Assembly (NCBI RefSeq): GCF_009914755.1
Contig: NC_060943.1
DNA length: 64,000 nt
DNA from: the human T2T-CHM13v2.0 reference genome, Homo sapiens
Reading direction: 5' to 3' (one strand)
Shown: positions 20,343 through 44,609 of the stretch, one piece after another
Layout: the number at the start of each line of letters is the position of its first letter
Numbering within the stretch: position 1 is the first letter of the stretch
Position numbers and translations under genes: made by a program
Notes under the pieces: generated by a model
The model's database searches: none
Seen by the model: only the letters and a program-made list of their open reading frames with translations
What the model was told of the DNA's origin: nothing

Positions 20343-20610
20343 GGCCTCCAATTTACGATGGATTGACTTAAAATTTTTCAACTTTATGTTGGGTTTATCA
20401 GAGGTAACCCCATTGTAAGTCGAGGAGCTCCCTTTGATTTGTAACAGTTTCTCCTGAACACAGATCCCTTTCGTACCATGGTAAAGTTGAGAAATTTTAA
20501 GTCGAATAATTGTAAAATGGGACCAGTGGCTGTGTTAAATGCATTTGATATTTTCTACTCCCAGTGGGGCTGCATTCTAATAAACCCATCATAAGTTGAG
20601 GAGCATCTGT
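20343..20610. mobile_element. Rearranged TcMar-Tigger (MER47/Tigger5-like) DNA transposon fragments
   Basis: Terminal motif ...CCCATCATAAGTTGAGGAGCATCTG resembles the reverse complement of the MER47-type TIR (CAGATGCTCCTCGACTTACGATGGG); a second copy ends at 20428. Confidence 0.7.
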
Positions 20611-21013
20611 CTTCTTGTTGCTGGGGTTTCAAGTTGGTGGAATTTGGTGGTAGTGACAGCAGATTTTTAGTTCTCTTGTGTGTTTAGCACAGGCTCACTC
20701 TGCCAGCAAGTTTTGAAAACTGCTGCTACCACCTTCGTTCACATCCGCAGAGGAACATTTTTCCTTGTTGCTCAAGTGTGGCTGGAGAAAGTAGGAGAGT
20801 GGTGAACTGAATTCTTGGTTTGAAGGCATCGATTGAATTGGTTCCGTCACTCTCGAGACCTGTGCTGTTCTCAGGACTTGCGTATCATTGACGGAACACC
20901 TGAACTTCATTTTCTGTCTTCTCATGTAGTGTCCCTGGGTTTGCCGAGGGTTCATGCCCACCCCGTTCAGTGGTGGTTCTTTCAGAGGATTCTGTAGTCA
21001 GCTCCTTTCCTAG

Positions 21014-24546
<3,533 letters not shown>

Positions 24547-26963
24547 TAAAACTTATTTTTTAAAGTTAATCCGTTGACATTTTAGAGCTTAAGCTGCTTC
24601 GGCAGATACCCTGTGGAATGAAATGCAGCTGGGCTTTGCATCACCACACAGTGAAGTGACTGGTGTAGGAGATGTGTTGCTGGCTGTAGGATTCTCTAAG
24701 CAGAGCTTCTTAGTTGGTGGGCTGGGATGAGTGACAGGGGTGCAGACGTCCTTGTGGGTAAGTGGCCCCTGCCCTTGACCAGCTCCTTAGGCTGAGAATA
24801 GCCTCATCTTACTCCAGTGTCTTCCACACTTAGAATTCTTACTACATGGCAGAAGCTGAAAAAGATGGGGCATCTGATTACCCCCCCACCCACTATTCTG
24901 AGAAGAGAGATGATTTTTCTTGGCTCTCTCAGTCTCAGGGTATCCACAGCTCCTGTGGAGAAGGGGTTCCTCTGCACGCTGCACTAGAGGAGTGTTGGGT
25001 GCGGGGGGTGGAGTTGGCCATTCACCCTCCTGGACCTCAGGATTTATGGAAAGTCATACTGGGAACTAAGGGCGAAAGCACAGGTTGCTGTGGTTATTGT
25101 TGATGTCCTGAAACAGGAGACTGTTCATACTTCACTCTCAAAATATGGAGAGCCCTCAGAGGTTTCTGAGCATGACAATATCGACTTGAATTGGGCAGAA
25201 GAAAGGCCATTGATAAAAGGCAGGCATGAGCTAATATGGCCTTGGATTTGCCTGACGGAATAAAAAGCAGGGACAGGTGCCAGAGACACTGCAGGAAGAT
25301 TGGGTAGGGATTAACTGGATACCAAGGGCTGAGGACAGTTCATCTGTTTGACAACTGTTGGAGTGCCTTCCCTGCTCGACCAGTGCTGAGCCCCAGGGGT
25401 GTCTGGTTGTGAGGGAGATTCCTGCCTTCCGGGGTCTTAGAGCCTCGTGGGGGAAACAGGGCAGGGTGTCATGATGCAGACATCTGGGGCACTCAGCTAA
25501 AGGGCGGGCAGGAGCGGTGTCGTAGCAGTGGCAGCTGAATGACGACTGGAGGGTGACATAGGCCCTCAGATTGTGGATCTTTGGTTTTAGGGGTAGTGAG
25601 CTAGGTCCTGGAGGGTGCTCTGGGACAGCTGGGTATTGGCCCTGGGCAGTCATTGTCAGCTGTGATGGCCGAGGATGCAGTGGGTGAGGTGTGGAGGCCC
25701 CATGTGACCATCAGGACCTTCATGAATGAAGAGAGCATGGCTCTCTGACCCCATCTGACTGGCCAGCTCCAGGGGCAGGTGTAGAATTTGATCCGTCCTC
25801 GTGTGTCCCCCTCTCCAAACTGTAGTGCTTTGTGTTAGGTGAAAGTGTGACAAGTAATAGTTGAAAGAATGAAATATCCAAGGGACCATCTCCATACATT
25901 GGAAAAGTTTGTTCTGCTCTGTTCCTATGAATGAAATAGCAGCAGATGGATGGAAGTTCGAGGAACACAGACTTGACTTAGCCTGAGAAAGATCTTTGTA
26001 GCAGTTGGAGGTATCGGGAAGAGGCTCAGTGTGAACCCAGAGCCCTGGGAGCTGGTTGGGAACCCACATTTTCTAGATTTCTGAGGATTTTCCAGCTTGA
26101 GGTTTTGGACACTTTTCCAGAAAGACCCAGAGCGATTAAGACACGTCTCTGAAACAACCACATGAATTATTCTAACAGCTGCTGCTTGCTGGTTTTAGGA
26201 AGTTTCCTTGTTTCATGCACTGCTCAAATGTTTTCAGATTCTAGCTCTTTTGGCAGAGTTTGGGGGAGAAGACAGGTGGGTGTCCCGCTGTGACACTGGT
26301 TTTGAGAGTGGGGAGGGGTTGTGGTCGCCGGAAGGAAAAGAGCCCTGGGGATTTGCCACTTGGGTAAAAATGACTTGGTATCTGACTAGTAATCACCAAG
26401 ACCCAAACAGGGTCATTTTGGGGTGGAAGTGAAGTATCAGATGAGTTAGGTGGGAGTGGGCTGGGATGTACTCTGGCTACTGCCCACTCCAAAAGGCCTC
26501 CTAGCTGGGCCTGGGCTGTCTCTCAGGGCCTGTACCCTCCACCATCCTTGAATTCAGTGGCCAGGGAACCCGTCCCCTCCCCCTGGTCTGTGCCTGCTCT
26601 GCTCATTGCCTCACATGTGTGAGCACTCGGTGGAAGGAGGAAGGGATGTCTGCACACACTCCCTGTCGAGGGACCCTGGCTTGCTCCTGTGGTGCCCTAA
26701 GCATGTAGTTGGCATGCATGTGTGTCACAATGAAAATGAAGATGAGAATTGGTCCTAGTTTATGACCCAGGCCGGGTAGTATTTGTCGATCCTTCCAGCC
26801 CCTTCCTGCATCTCGTACACTGGCAGACAGGGACTCAGAGGCCAGGTGGCTGTTCCTGCCCATGGAACTCTGAGGGTTTCCATGCCTTCTACAGCTGGGC
26901 TCAGTCCTGGGAGTTTCTAGCAATTCAGTAGAGGGTTAGGTTAACGTGCACTTAGAGGAATAG

Positions 26964-28124
<1,161 letters not shown>

Positions 28125-28230
28125 CCATCTTGACTTTTTTTAACCTCGGTTTTCTCTTCTGTCAGGTGTGGATATCGGCGGTAGTCCCTTGCATGAAGTG
28201 CTGATAACAGTGTGGGTTCCATCGTGTGAA

Positions 28231-28317
28231 GTGTGGGTACGATGACAGTCCCTCGTGTGAGTGTGGGTATGATGACAGTCCCTCGTATGAGTGTTGGTAT
28301 GATGACAGTACCTCGTT
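28231..28317 (+). repeat. 30-bp minisatellite, ~3 copies, inside a MIR
   Basis: Units GTGTGGGTACGATGACAGTCCCTCGTGTGA / GTGTGGGTATGATGACAGTCCCTCGTATGA / GTGTTGGTATGATGACAGTACCTCGTT. Confidence 0.9.
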
Positions 28318-29246
28318 CTGTGGTTATGAGGATTAAATGAAATCAGGCATGTAACGTGTTGGCACATTGCCTGGCACCAAATAAAGAATTCAGTAATTGT
28401 TAGCCACTGTTTCCTCTTTCAGTAACAAAACCTCTTGTCAACATATTAGAGATGATTCTCTTGGTGTCCCCAAAGTTTTCAGAAGTGCGCTTTTCTCTAG
28501 CAGTTTGAATCCAGGTGCCTAGCGGTAACTTTCTCCGTTGAGGGTCAGGTCCTCCCCATCCTGCCTCAGCAATGCCCGACGGACAATGGGGGAGGCCTGG
28601 ACTGTGAGGATGCACGAGCAGTCCCATTCTGGGGACAGAGACAAGCAGGGCCTGGCTTGGCTGCATGTTAGTGCTGGCATAGGGGTTAGGTAGGGTCTGG
28701 ATCTGCTTGAGGTGGCTTGAGATAGAGGGAGGGAGGGCCAGGGAGGTGAGGGCAGTAGGCCTCCTTGGAGGAAGAGAAGGCTGGCCCAGTGAAAGCCAGT
28801 TGAATGGATGAGTGAACTAACGCCCCTGCCCCTATGGCCCTGCCCCTCCTCACCCCTTCTGGCCTGTACTGTCCCTTCGCCTGTCCATACCAGTTTCCCA
28901 GGGCATGTCTTGCATGTAGGTTGGGTTGTCTAGGCAGCGCTGTGCTTCAGTGACACTTTGTGGTTGACTTGGGACCCTGACCACACTGAGAGCAGCGCGC
29001 TTCTCTGGGTTGGATGGCTGGGTTCTCAAGGACCAACGGCTTAGAATTGTGGAGGGTGGAGTGTGTCCCGGCCCTGTGTTTGTTTGCCTGCCTGCTGACA
29101 TGAAGCCTGATGTGTGCAGCCACTCTACTGTGTGCGAGGGAAGAAAGACATCCTAGTCCGTGTTGGACATGGGCTCTGTGTGGCAGAGTTCAGCCTCTTG
29201 TGGGGCCCCGTCTTACTCTGGGGGTGATGCAGGTAAAGTCTGCTGA

Positions 29247-35471
<6,225 letters not shown>

Positions 35472-38459
35472 TCGAAGGTATTTTTTATTTTCCTATATCT
35501 GTTTGTCAGTGAGTTTCCTTTAATACAGCAGTGTGTTGGTATTTTTATTTTATTTTTATTTCGAGACCAGTTCCTAGATCCTCAGTATTAGAGAAGTCAT
35601 TTCCTCTTTTGTTCTTGTGACATTTTCTTCTGGTGTCCTTTAATACTGCAATACATCAGGCATCTGAAATACTAAACACTTAAATGTTTCAGACACTTCC
35701 TAAGGCCTCAGTGTCATCTGCACGTAGACATTTGGTTTCTGGGCACTTAAGATCTGGGGTCGATAGGCAGTTTAGGACTGCTGCATGCACTGCCCAGGCA
35801 GCTGCTGGGAGCCTGGGTGGAAACAATAAGAGGAGCATCCAGATAGAGGTAGCAATGTTTTGAGGAACAACATTAATCATAATAATAAAAGAAAGAAGTA
35901 GTTGCTTCTGTTTGAGAAGCTGCCTGGTGCCAGGGCCTGTCACTGGGTTCTCAGGATGGTCTGGAGGCCTGAGGTAGGTTCCACGCAGGCAGGCAGGCTC
36001 CCCGGGAGGGCATTGGGCCCACTGTTTAACTGCCAGGTGAGCCAGGCTGGGCAGAATGTGCTAGGAGGAAGCTCGTGAGCATTTGGGATGGTTTGGAGGG
36101 AGGCCTGGAGTGCCAGGGAGCGAGAGGGGTGTGGTGCTGGAGTCTGAGCTTACCAGAGGGCAGGGCTCTGGACCCGCATGAGAACTGTGAATGGGGTTTT
36201 AGGGTGGGACACAGCCTCTGCCATAAGAAAGGATACGGGGAGTGCAGAGTGTGGGCACCACTGACACTGGGGCAACTCTCAATTCTCAGTGGTGGCCTGA
36301 GGGAAGCCCTTCAGACACAGGGTCCCCACAGCTCCCCAAATAGCATGCCAGGGGTGGGGCAGGAGGGGGACATTGGCCGCGCCCCGAAGCTCTGGACTCA
36401 CCCCAGGGGCTGTGCCGTGCCCATGGCTGTAGTCTTGCCTATCTCCATGTGGCTTCTTCCTGGCACTGATTAACTATTTTAATTAAAGACAGCATTTGTA
36501 TGTTTTTTTTTTTTTTTTTGCCTCCAGCCGGTGGTAGAAACCTCTTGGTTGGGTCCTGACAACTCGTGGAGGTCCCCATTTTGTAGTCTCCTCCTCCGTG
36601 CCCACGTGGGTGTTAGATGAGGTGATGCGCAAGCGCCTTGTGTCCATGGAGCATGGAGCCTTTGGGAAGTGGGATGCTCGATTTCAAGTAGCAAGTTTCA
36701 GCAAAAAGTTCCAGCATCGTGGTCCATGGTGAGGGGCTGGGGGGGAGAGCTTGCCTGAGTAACAGGTGCTTGAACCCAAAGGATGGGTGGGAGCTAGGAG
36801 GGGCTCTCCTGGCCATGGGAACGGTGCGTGCAAAGGTCTGGCACGGGGAGTAGGCAGGCGTGCTGGGTCTGAGGAATTGAAAGGAGGCCAGGTGGTTGGA
36901 GCGGGAGCATGGAACGTGTATGCTCCTTCACATGCACGTAGCGCACTTGCGGCTGAAGTGGGCCGGGCCTTGAAGGCCGTGGTGAGGTGCTCTGACGCTG
37001 GGTGGACCTGGGAAATTAAGGAGGGCCGTCTGGTTTATTATGGGGAGTAGAAGATGGTGGAAGTGGAAGACAGCCAGTACATGCCTTAGGCTGCCGGCCT
37101 GCCCCTGCCTGTCTCCTCCTTCAAGGAGGCTGTGGTTCCCATGGCTGAGGGAGGAGACAGGCAGGGGCAGACCAGGGGCCTACAACATGTACTGGCTGTC
37201 ACCCTAATGGGAAGCTCAGTTTGAGAGCAGAGGTGGGAACTCCGGCCTCCAGTGCCAGCTCTGGTTGCCAAGGATGGGCTTGTGTGGCCAACCTCACGAT
37301 TGGGTCTTGGTCCTCCCGGGGCTGATTCTCCGCATCTCTAGTCTGCCAAGTCATACTCTTCCCCACAGAGGGTTGATGGGGCTCTGTGCCTTGGGGAGAG
37401 CGGGGACTGCTCAGGGACCGACCTGAACACCTCCTCAATGTGCCTCTCCCCTGACTTCTTGGCGGCAGCTTGCTGCTGTGGCTAGGGCTACCTCTGTCTT
37501 TTTACTGAGTAGCTCATTGGGCAGTTTCCTCCTGATCCCCCTTCAAATCTCAGTATTGGGATTTGGGCCTTATGGTCTCTGTTGTTAAAGGTGGAAACAG
37601 CCATAGACAGTGTGTTCTTGAGTACTGACATGGCTGTTTCCCAGAAATACATTATTTACTAAGGTGGCAGGCAGTAGTGTGCTGACCCCAGACTGGAAAA
37701 CTGGATCTGTGGCCCCTGCTAATTCTTCTCCAGCCAGCCAGCCAGCGCATGGTAGACCAGCCTGACTTCTGGGCTTCCTCAGGATGATCTGCTGTTGCCT
37801 TGCTTCAGTTTTTTCTTTCCAGATTGAGCTGGGGACTTCCCCACATTGAAAGTTTGATGGGACCATTAGCAAAGAGGGTCTGGGTGACCCTGTGAAGGGG
37901 GCATTCAGTTTGTGCAGGACCTAGGAGAGGGGCGGGAGAAGGTGAACGGTGTTGTTGGGTTTCACCTTGGATGTTGTTGGCCATGTCATGTTCCCAGGAT
38001 TGGACTGGAGCCAAGCTGTGTTTGGATGCAGAACTAGTTGAAAAATTCTAGAGACAGCACAAGTTTTTGGTGACTACAGATGGTGATAGGTCAGTGGGTC
38101 TGGGCCCAGGGAAGGGACAACGGGGCTTCCTAGGGGCACCTGGTAGAGCCCATGCTTCCGGATCAGGTGCTGACAGCTGCAGAGACACCATCACTGTACC
38201 AGCCATGGGTGCCGCAACCCCAGCAACCCCATGGAACCGGAGTTCCCCAGGTAGTGGCCAGTGTCAGGCCATGTGTCCTTTCCTCAAATTAAAAGGACCT
38301 CGCTAGCCTGAGCTTGAGAGGATAAAATGGCAAGAAAGGACTTCTGTTGCCCAAAGTGCAGTGACTTGATTTCATGTAAATTGCCATAGCTACCTTCTCA
38401 CCAAGGCTGATCTTCCCTCAGTTTGAGAAGTCCTTGTGTTTGGGTGGGTTGTATGGTAG

Positions 38460-38461
<2 letters not shown>

Positions 38462-38501
<40 letters not shown>
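38462..38501 (+). repeat. (GT)20 microsatellite
   Basis: Perfect dinucleotide run. Confidence 0.97.
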
Positions 38502-38503
<2 letters not shown>

Positions 38504-38869
38504 TACCCAGGTGCAAGGTCAAAGCCAAACCATAATGATTTATCAAGGGAGCGGAAGAGTCTCTTATGAGCTGGTAATTGTGCACTTAAGGGTTACTTGA
38601 TACTGCTTTAAATGTATGGGTTGGAGATAAAAACAGTAAAAGCTCTCTGAACTCAGCCAGTACGGGGTGGATGGCAAAACAGTCCAAATGATAGATTAGT
38701 GGAAAGCGATTACAGTGTATTTTCAAGAAATGCTGCTAGTTGTGATCATGCTGAGTGGTCTTCTGCTTGGTTTCCTCCTCTGTGAATCTTGCACTGATTG
38801 TATTGCAGGGCTCCTGCAGTGGGCTCCTCAGATCGGCCCCTTCTCCTTCAGGGTTAAACTATCCCTGCT

Positions 38870-40560
<1,691 letters not shown>

Positions 40561-40719
40561 CTGGCTTTGAAAGCAGTGGTAGAGTGTGAAAGAAGTTACC
40601 TTAAGACTTCTTGCCAGTTGCACTGTAGGTACGATGTACTGTTTGTTGTGATTTGACTTTCCTCCACCACCCCCCTGCCCCAGGAAGATGTGATCTTGTG
40701 CATCTTGTGTTCACGCAGA

Positions 40720-41720
40720 GTAGGGTAGTTGGATCTTTGTCAAGTCTCAGTGATCCACATGCGTGCATCTATTTTGTCAGTCTGCTTGTCTTTGTATCCA
40801 TGTCATACTGTCTTGATGTAGCTTTATGTTAAGTCTCAAAATCAGTTGTGGTAAGTCCTCCAAATTTGTGCCTGTTTTTCCATGTTGTTTTCGTTATTCT
40901 AGGTCCGTTGCACTTCCGTGTAGATTTTGGAATCAGTTTGTCATTTCTTCAAACCATCTGCTGGGAATTTTTGATTGAGATTGCATTGAATCTGTAGATC
41001 AGTTTGGGAGAGAATTGATACCTTCTGACCCATGAACAAGACACATGTCTTCATATACTTCAGTTTTCTTTTTTTTGGTTTTGAGATAAAACAGTATTTT
41101 ACACAAGTGAGGCTATTGTGATTGATTCATGCAAACAACAACTTTAGAAACATCTTTTAAACATGTTCAGAGAGTGTATAACATACAACAGAAATTGATG
41201 AAAAGTGTAACACTAAAATAAAATTATTCTCATTTATTACTGCAAGGAGTACCTCCCCATACCCCCCCTTTTTTTGAGACAAGGTCTTGCTCTGTTGCCC
41301 AGGCAGGAATGCAGTGGCACAGTCACGGCTCACTGCAGCCTCCTGGGCTCAGGTGATCCTCCCACCTCAACCTGAGAAGTAGCTGGGACCTCAGGTGCAC
41401 GCCACCACACCCAGCTAATTTTCAAAAATTTTTTTTGTAGAGATGGGGTTTTGCCATATTGGCCAGGCTGGCCTTGAACTCCTGAGCTCAATTGATCTGC
41501 CTGCCATGGCCTCCCAAAGTGCTGTAATTAGAGGCATGAGCCACTGTGCCCGGCCTTCTTTCATTTTTCTTGTTGTTTCATTGTAGTTTCTTTATCCTTA
41601 AGTATTTCACCTTTTTTGTGCTAATGTAGATGACTTTTTTCAGGTTTTGAGTTCTGATTGGTTTGTGCCTGTGTGTAGAAACACAGCTGATTTTTTATAT
41701 ATAGACCTTGATCCTGCAGC
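40720..41720 (-). mobile_element. Old L1M (ORF2-region) fragment, interrupted by an AT-rich insert and an AluJ (41268-41555)
   Basis: TTTTGGAATCAGTTTGTC...GATTGCATTGAATCTGTAGATCAGTTTGGGAGA...CCATGAACA; resumes as TTTATCCTTAAGTATTTC...GACCTTGATCCTGC. Confidence 0.8.
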
Positions 41721-42514
41721 AGAACAGCACAGGACACCTGCTTCTGAGGCTTCCCACCCTCGGGGCAGAGAGGTCTTGGATTGGCAGATACAAAATAGTT
41801 AGGACTAATGCTGCCCATTGGGTTTCTCAGCTTGAATGGGGCTAAAAAGAGCGGCAGAAAGGGTTCTTCCTGAGGAGCTAGCCCTGTGCCTCATTTAGGA
41901 GGTGCCTAAAGGTCTTTCCATAGAGTTCACTGGTGTTGTCCCCTATCCTTATTTTTGCAAGTTCTCCTGTGGGAGTGTTTCTCGCCATCCATCAGCTGTG
42001 AATTGCCGTGAACCTAGTTTAAAAATAAAGGTTTCATATCAGAGCAAGCTCCTGGTAGTCCTGTGGGTGCAAAGAATGACAACAGAGGTGATGTTGACAC
42101 TATTTGGCAAGCTACAACTGACAGAACTGCTTGGGAATCTGGGATTTGGCTGGTTCCTAAGGTTCAGCCTCTGGCCCATAGCCCTGGACGTCTGATGATA
42201 CAAACCGGAAGTGGAAGTCCGAGGCATTTTCTCTATGACCTTGGAAGAGAAGTTCCTGAATATTGTAGAGCATTAGTTTTCCTGTCTGTAAGACAGGCAG
42301 CCTCTTTCTCTCTGGACAGCATCCCATGGGGATGACCATGACCTTTGGTTTTGGAGGTGAAGCCCTCTCGGTCTGGAGGGTGAAGTCCGCTCATTCCCAG
42401 GCACATCATGCCCTCATCTTGAGGGTAAACCTAGCACTGCCTTCACCAGGAATGGTGGCTGGTTTCCCTGGGGTCCATGACAGACAACATGATGGTGAGG
42501 AGGTTACATTGGGA

Positions 42515-42705
42515 GAATGAGCCCTGCGTGCTGCCTGTGTGCTCTGTGACCCTGGGCAAGTTCCTGAAGATCAGACACATCAGATCCCTTATCTGTAAAA
42601 TGGGCATGATCCAGGAACCTGCCTCTACGGTTGCCTTGGGGATTCAGAGATGCTGTGTGAGCATAGTACCTGGAACATACTCCTAAGTACCTATTAAATG
42701 CTAGG
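42515..42705 (+). mobile_element. MIR SINE (MIRb-like) hosting mir-640
   Basis: MIR core motifs TGTGACCCTGGGCAAGTT, ATCTGTAAAATGGG and 3' end AGTACCTGGAACATA...ATTAAATGCTAG. Confidence 0.8.
42546..42641 (+). ncRNA. MIR640: microRNA precursor hsa-mir-640 (mature ATGATCCAGGAACCTGCCTCT at 42606-42626), MIR-SINE-derived, intronic
   Basis: The 96-nt sequence GTGACCCTGGGCAAGTTCCTG...CCAGGAACCTGCCTCTACGGTTGCCTTGGGG matches the mir-640 stem-loop as I recall it. Arms pair (GGCAAGTTCCTG with CAGGAACCTGCC). Confidence 0.9.
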
Positions 42706-42714
42706 TTTCTGGGT

Positions 42715-43315
42715 TGTTTTTTGAGACAGGGTCTCACTCTGTCGCCCAGGTTGGAGTGCAGTGGTGTGGGATCTTGGCTCACTGCAGCCTTAACCTCCCT
42801 GGCTTAGGTGATACTCCCACCTCAGCCTCCCAAGTAGATGGGACCACAGGCACACGCCACCACACCTGGCTAATTTTTGTATTTTTTTGTAGAGACAGAG
42901 TTTCACCATGTTGCCCGGGCTTGTCTCAAACTGCTAGGCTCAAGCAGTCCTCCTGCCTTGGCCTCCCAAAGTGTTGGGACTACAGGCGTGAGCCACTGTG
43001 CCTGGCCTGTTTCTGTTTTTAATGTCATTACTATTATAATAAAAACCCTGGGCTGGGCACGGTGGCTCATGCCTGTAATCCTAGCACTTTGGGAGGTCGA
43101 GGTGGGTGTATCGCCTGAGGTCAGGAGTTTGAGACCAGCCTGGCCAACATGGCAAAACCCCGTCTCTACTAAAAATACAAAAATCAGCCGGGCATAGTGG
43201 TGGGTGCCTGTAGTCCCAGCTACTCGAGAGGCTGAGGCAGGAGAATCGTGTGAACCCAGGGGTCAGAGGTTGCAGTGAGCCGAGATCGTGCCACTTCACT
43301 CCAGTCTGGGCATAA
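42715..43315. mobile_element. Inverted Alu pair (- 42715-43008, + 43050-43315)
   Basis: Alu consensus motifs, head-to-head with a ~40-bp spacer. Confidence 0.92.
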
Positions 43316-43613
43316 GATAAAAATAATTGTATTTCATCGTGTGACTGCTTTTTATGTCACCATCTGTATTGGTGAAGACAGTGTCTGGGACGTTGGCGTT
43401 CATTGGTTAGCACTGTATTGTTTCATACCTCAGAGATCAGTAGAAATTTGTTTCCTCCGACTGTCCCCATTGTGGAAGGTAGCTGAGGCAAAACTCAGGA
43501 AATCTGAAATTTTGCTATGTAATTCCAGGGGTTAGAGACATTTTAGAAATGCCAGTATGTTCCAGAAACCTTGCTTGGAAACACAGTGTTTCTTTCTCTG
43601 TCCTTTGCTTTAG

Positions 43614-43702
43614 GTTGGTCAGCACATTGTCTCAAGTAGCCTTTTGATGTCACTGTGGCCATGGCCAACTGGTAGGACCAGCACCCCATACCCCGAAGCC
43701 AG
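43614..43702 (+). other. GATAD2A: Alternative internal 5'UTR exon (89 nt) of GATAD2A containing upstream ATGs
   Basis: Polypyrimidine acceptor TTTCTTTCTCTGTCCTTTGCTTTAG| (AG 43612-43613) and perfect donor CAG|GTGAGT (GT 43703-43704) in unique sequence. The exon end (...ACCCCGAAGCCAG) matches my recollection of a GATAD2A mRNA leader. Confidence 0.75.
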
Positions 43703-44609
43703 GTGAGTGCTTGGGGTGTAGTGTCTGTGGAAGGAAGGTTCCACGCATCCAGCAGGCTTCGGTCAGCTTCTTGGACACTTTAAAGTGAGTGCTGCTTCAG
43801 CCACCTCCTAGAGAAGATGGAGGGAGGCAGGCCCCCTGGGATCGCACACTGTGCAGTCTGTATGGGGCTGCCTGGCCCGTCCCTTCAGGCCTCAGGGAAA
43901 AAGAAACCATTCTGATTGGTCATTCATTTGAAAACCCTAGGTCTAAATAAGATGAGCCTGTCCTCTCTGAGGGGCAGGGGCAGAGGATAATCCTGGCCAG
44001 TGGCCTTTGCCCTCTGGCCATTCCCATGATTTCCCAGCAGTGATAGATGCCGTTAGACTTTTTCCTTATTCACCGCAAAGCCCAGGGCCCCACACTGGTT
44101 CTTGGAGCTGGTTGCCCTTACCTTGCCTCGTGCCTCATGGCAAAGCTAAGCTGCCCCCGCTGCGTGGAGCTCTTAGGCAGAGACTGTCAAGAGCTGTACC
44201 AGGGCATTGCTGGGTACCTTGGATTTTCTCTGTTACCATCAAGCCTGGTCAGCGACGTTTTGGCCCAAGGCTACCTACCTGGAGAAGAACGCAGAACTGA
44301 AAGATGTCTTAGAACTTGGAGGCAGCCCCTGGGTCAGCTGCTCCGTTTTATAGATGGGGACACACATGGGCCAGAGTTGGCAGGTGACTTGCCTAGGGAT
44401 TCATGCCCCATCGAACAGGATCTTGCCGGTCACGCAGTGTGAGATGTGGCTGCTCTGCTGACCATGGCACAGAACAAGTGTTGCGGTCAGTTTTGTGAGG
44501 TTTCAGCTCTTCATATGGCAAGAAAATATGGGCATAGTCAGGTAATTCTGTTGTCAGGAAAACATTTCCAGAATGTTCTCCAAACAAAATGAAACTTTCG
44601 TGGTACTTA

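Noticed and set aside
28210-28320. Regular 30-bp periodicity suggesting a CRISPR-like array
   Set aside because: Head-to-tail tandem units with no unique spacers, in human MIR context.
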